Shown piece after piece: positions 57,503-58,799 of a stretch of DNA of 58,799 nucleotides. Where the stretch lies: the NCBI GenBank assembly GCA_937129345.1, contig CAKZMZ010000259.1, positions 1 through 58,799 of the forward strand, given 5' to 3'. The notes under the pieces are model-generated. The model worked only from the letters and a program-made list of their open reading frames with translations. It was not told the origin of the DNA and did not search any database. Origin of the DNA: an uncultured Thalassovita sp. Lineage in GTDB: Bacteria; Bacteroidota; Bacteroidia; Cytophagales; Flammeovirgaceae. Position 1 is the stretch's first letter, and every line of letters starts with the position of its first letter. Both the position numbers and the translations under genes were made by a program.

Positions 57503-58660
57503 TCAACCCGGAAACAAAGACTTATCTATATCAGGAATGATGTTCAGAGCATTTTTGTAATAAAGCTTCCTCAATACTTCATCAGACAAATCCAAGCCGT
57601 ACATGTGCCAAAAGGCATGGTATTTTTTGTAGTAGGGAAAGTATTCGTCATCAGTTTCTAGCACTCTAAAATAGGTGGGGTACTCCTCGGGATGCCAAGC
57701 ATCTTTGCCAAATAAAACCCTGTCTTGGTATTTCTCAAAAAACTTTTTGGCATTGCGGGGCTGCCTGCCCAATTCGGCAATTACGGCGCCTATGCCCGCA
57801 TACATGTTGGGGTATTTGTCCATTAACTCGCCCAACTTACCTAGGTTGTTGGCATACCAACCCATGTGCGCATTAATAAAAATGGTGTTGGGATGCTTTT
57901 CAAAAACATGGTGTTGTTCGTCTATAATTTGCTGCCAAGGGGCCGGGTCATCATCACTTCTTTGGCGTCTTGGGTGCGTTTTTAGTTCTAACCAACGTTC
58001 ATTATCGGCATCCATTGGATCCCAAAAAGATTTTGGATCAGCTGAGTGTATGAGTACAGGAATACCCAATTCCCCGCATTTTCCCCAAATGGCATCCAAT
58101 CGCTCATCGTCTACAGGCACTCTGTTTCCATCAACATCATTTACGCCAAAGCCTAAACTTTTATAGATTTTGAGTCCTTTGGCTCCTGCTTTTACATCGT
58201 CTTCCAAACCTTTTACCGCTTCTTCTGTCCAACCTTCATTACCAATGCCAATAAAGGAAATATTGGTAAAGACCACAAAGCGGTTGGGGTAGCTATCGGT
58301 TACTTTCTTTACAGAATTGACCAAATAGTCGTGCCCGTTTACATCAAATTGCTGGCCGACACGCCTAAAGCCTCTACCGCTTAAGTTGACCATCACGCCC
58401 ATATTTAGAGAGTCCATGGAGGCCACGACTTCAGATAAATCTTGGTTGGGCATTTTATACTGATGGCTATGCACATCTACAAAAGGATATTTAGCAGAAA
58501 TAACCCTGTGCTCTGGTACCACTAAAGTGGAGGTTGGGTTGTATTCCTCAAAACCCATGGTGGGTTCGGGTGTTTCTTCAGTATTTTCTGGTGAGGAAGA
58601 GGGCGTACAGCTAGAAAATAGAAAAGCAATGCCGATTGAAATGATGAACGAAAGCCTCAT
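57503..58660 (-). CDS. Amidohydrolase family (Amidohydro_2) lipoprotein
   Basis: Lipobox FSSC; DVHSH metal motif, GLKIYK, VLIHSADP, NAHMGW, AELGRQP, LFGKD. Confidence 0.92.
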   Translation of the reverse strand: MRLSFIISIGIAFLFSSCTPSSSPENTEETPEPTMGFEEYNPTSTLVVPEHRVISAKYPFVDVHSHQYKMPNQDLSEVVASMDSLNMGVMVNLSGRGFRRVGQQFDVNGHDYLVNSVKKVTDSYPNRFVVFTNISFIGIGNEGWTEEAVKGLEDDVKAGAKGLKIYKSLGFGVNDVDGNRVPVDDERLDAIWGKCGELGIPVLIHSADPKSFWDPMDADNERWLELKTHPRRQRSDDDPAPWQQIIDEQHHVFEKHPNTIFINAHMGWYANNLGKLGELMDKYPNMYAGIGAVIAELGRQPRNAKKFFEKYQDRVLFGKDAWHPEEYPTYFRVLETDDEYFPYYKKYHAFWHMYGLDLSDEVLRKLYYKNALNIIPDIDKSLFPG

Positions 58661-58799
58661 GGTCGAAAAAAATTATGCAGAAAACATTGTCACTTTTACA
58701 CTTCCTTGATTTTCTGTTGTGCGGAAAAATCATTCAAATATAGGCGTATAATCGGGAATTATACGTAAAAATGAATTGAAGAATGGTATGCTAAGTAAT

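Overview
AT-rich window from a Bacteroidota genome, probably a marine Cytophagales; this rests on the T9SS cargo genes, TAnnTTTG promoters, type B L31 and the coaX-OMP-TPR locus. Housekeeping genes (rpmE, hisH, coaX, miaA, hemC, purD, purK, modA, glpF, pepP, apbE) are mixed with envelope and secretion genes. These include a type B T9SS triad (1.9-kaa cadherin/Ig-repeat adhesin, PorP/SprF and a PorE-like TPR-PD40-OmpA protein), two type A T9SS cargo proteins, a TonB-dependent receptor and a PVC-type heme-binding dehydrogenase. The most unusual element is a receptor-like gene at 41728-44535 with three tandem TIR domains, one TM helix and a C-terminal dCache-like sensor, interrupted by a single in-frame TAA. 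Features missing from the ORF track are a partial FKBP gene at the left edge, an internally deleted aldehyde dehydrogenase pseudogene (36945-37547) and several REP-like palindromes. A short tandem paralog of the TPR protein N-terminus is also present. No rRNA, tRNA, CRISPR array, transposase or integrase was recognised. All family calls are motif recognition by eye, not database searches.
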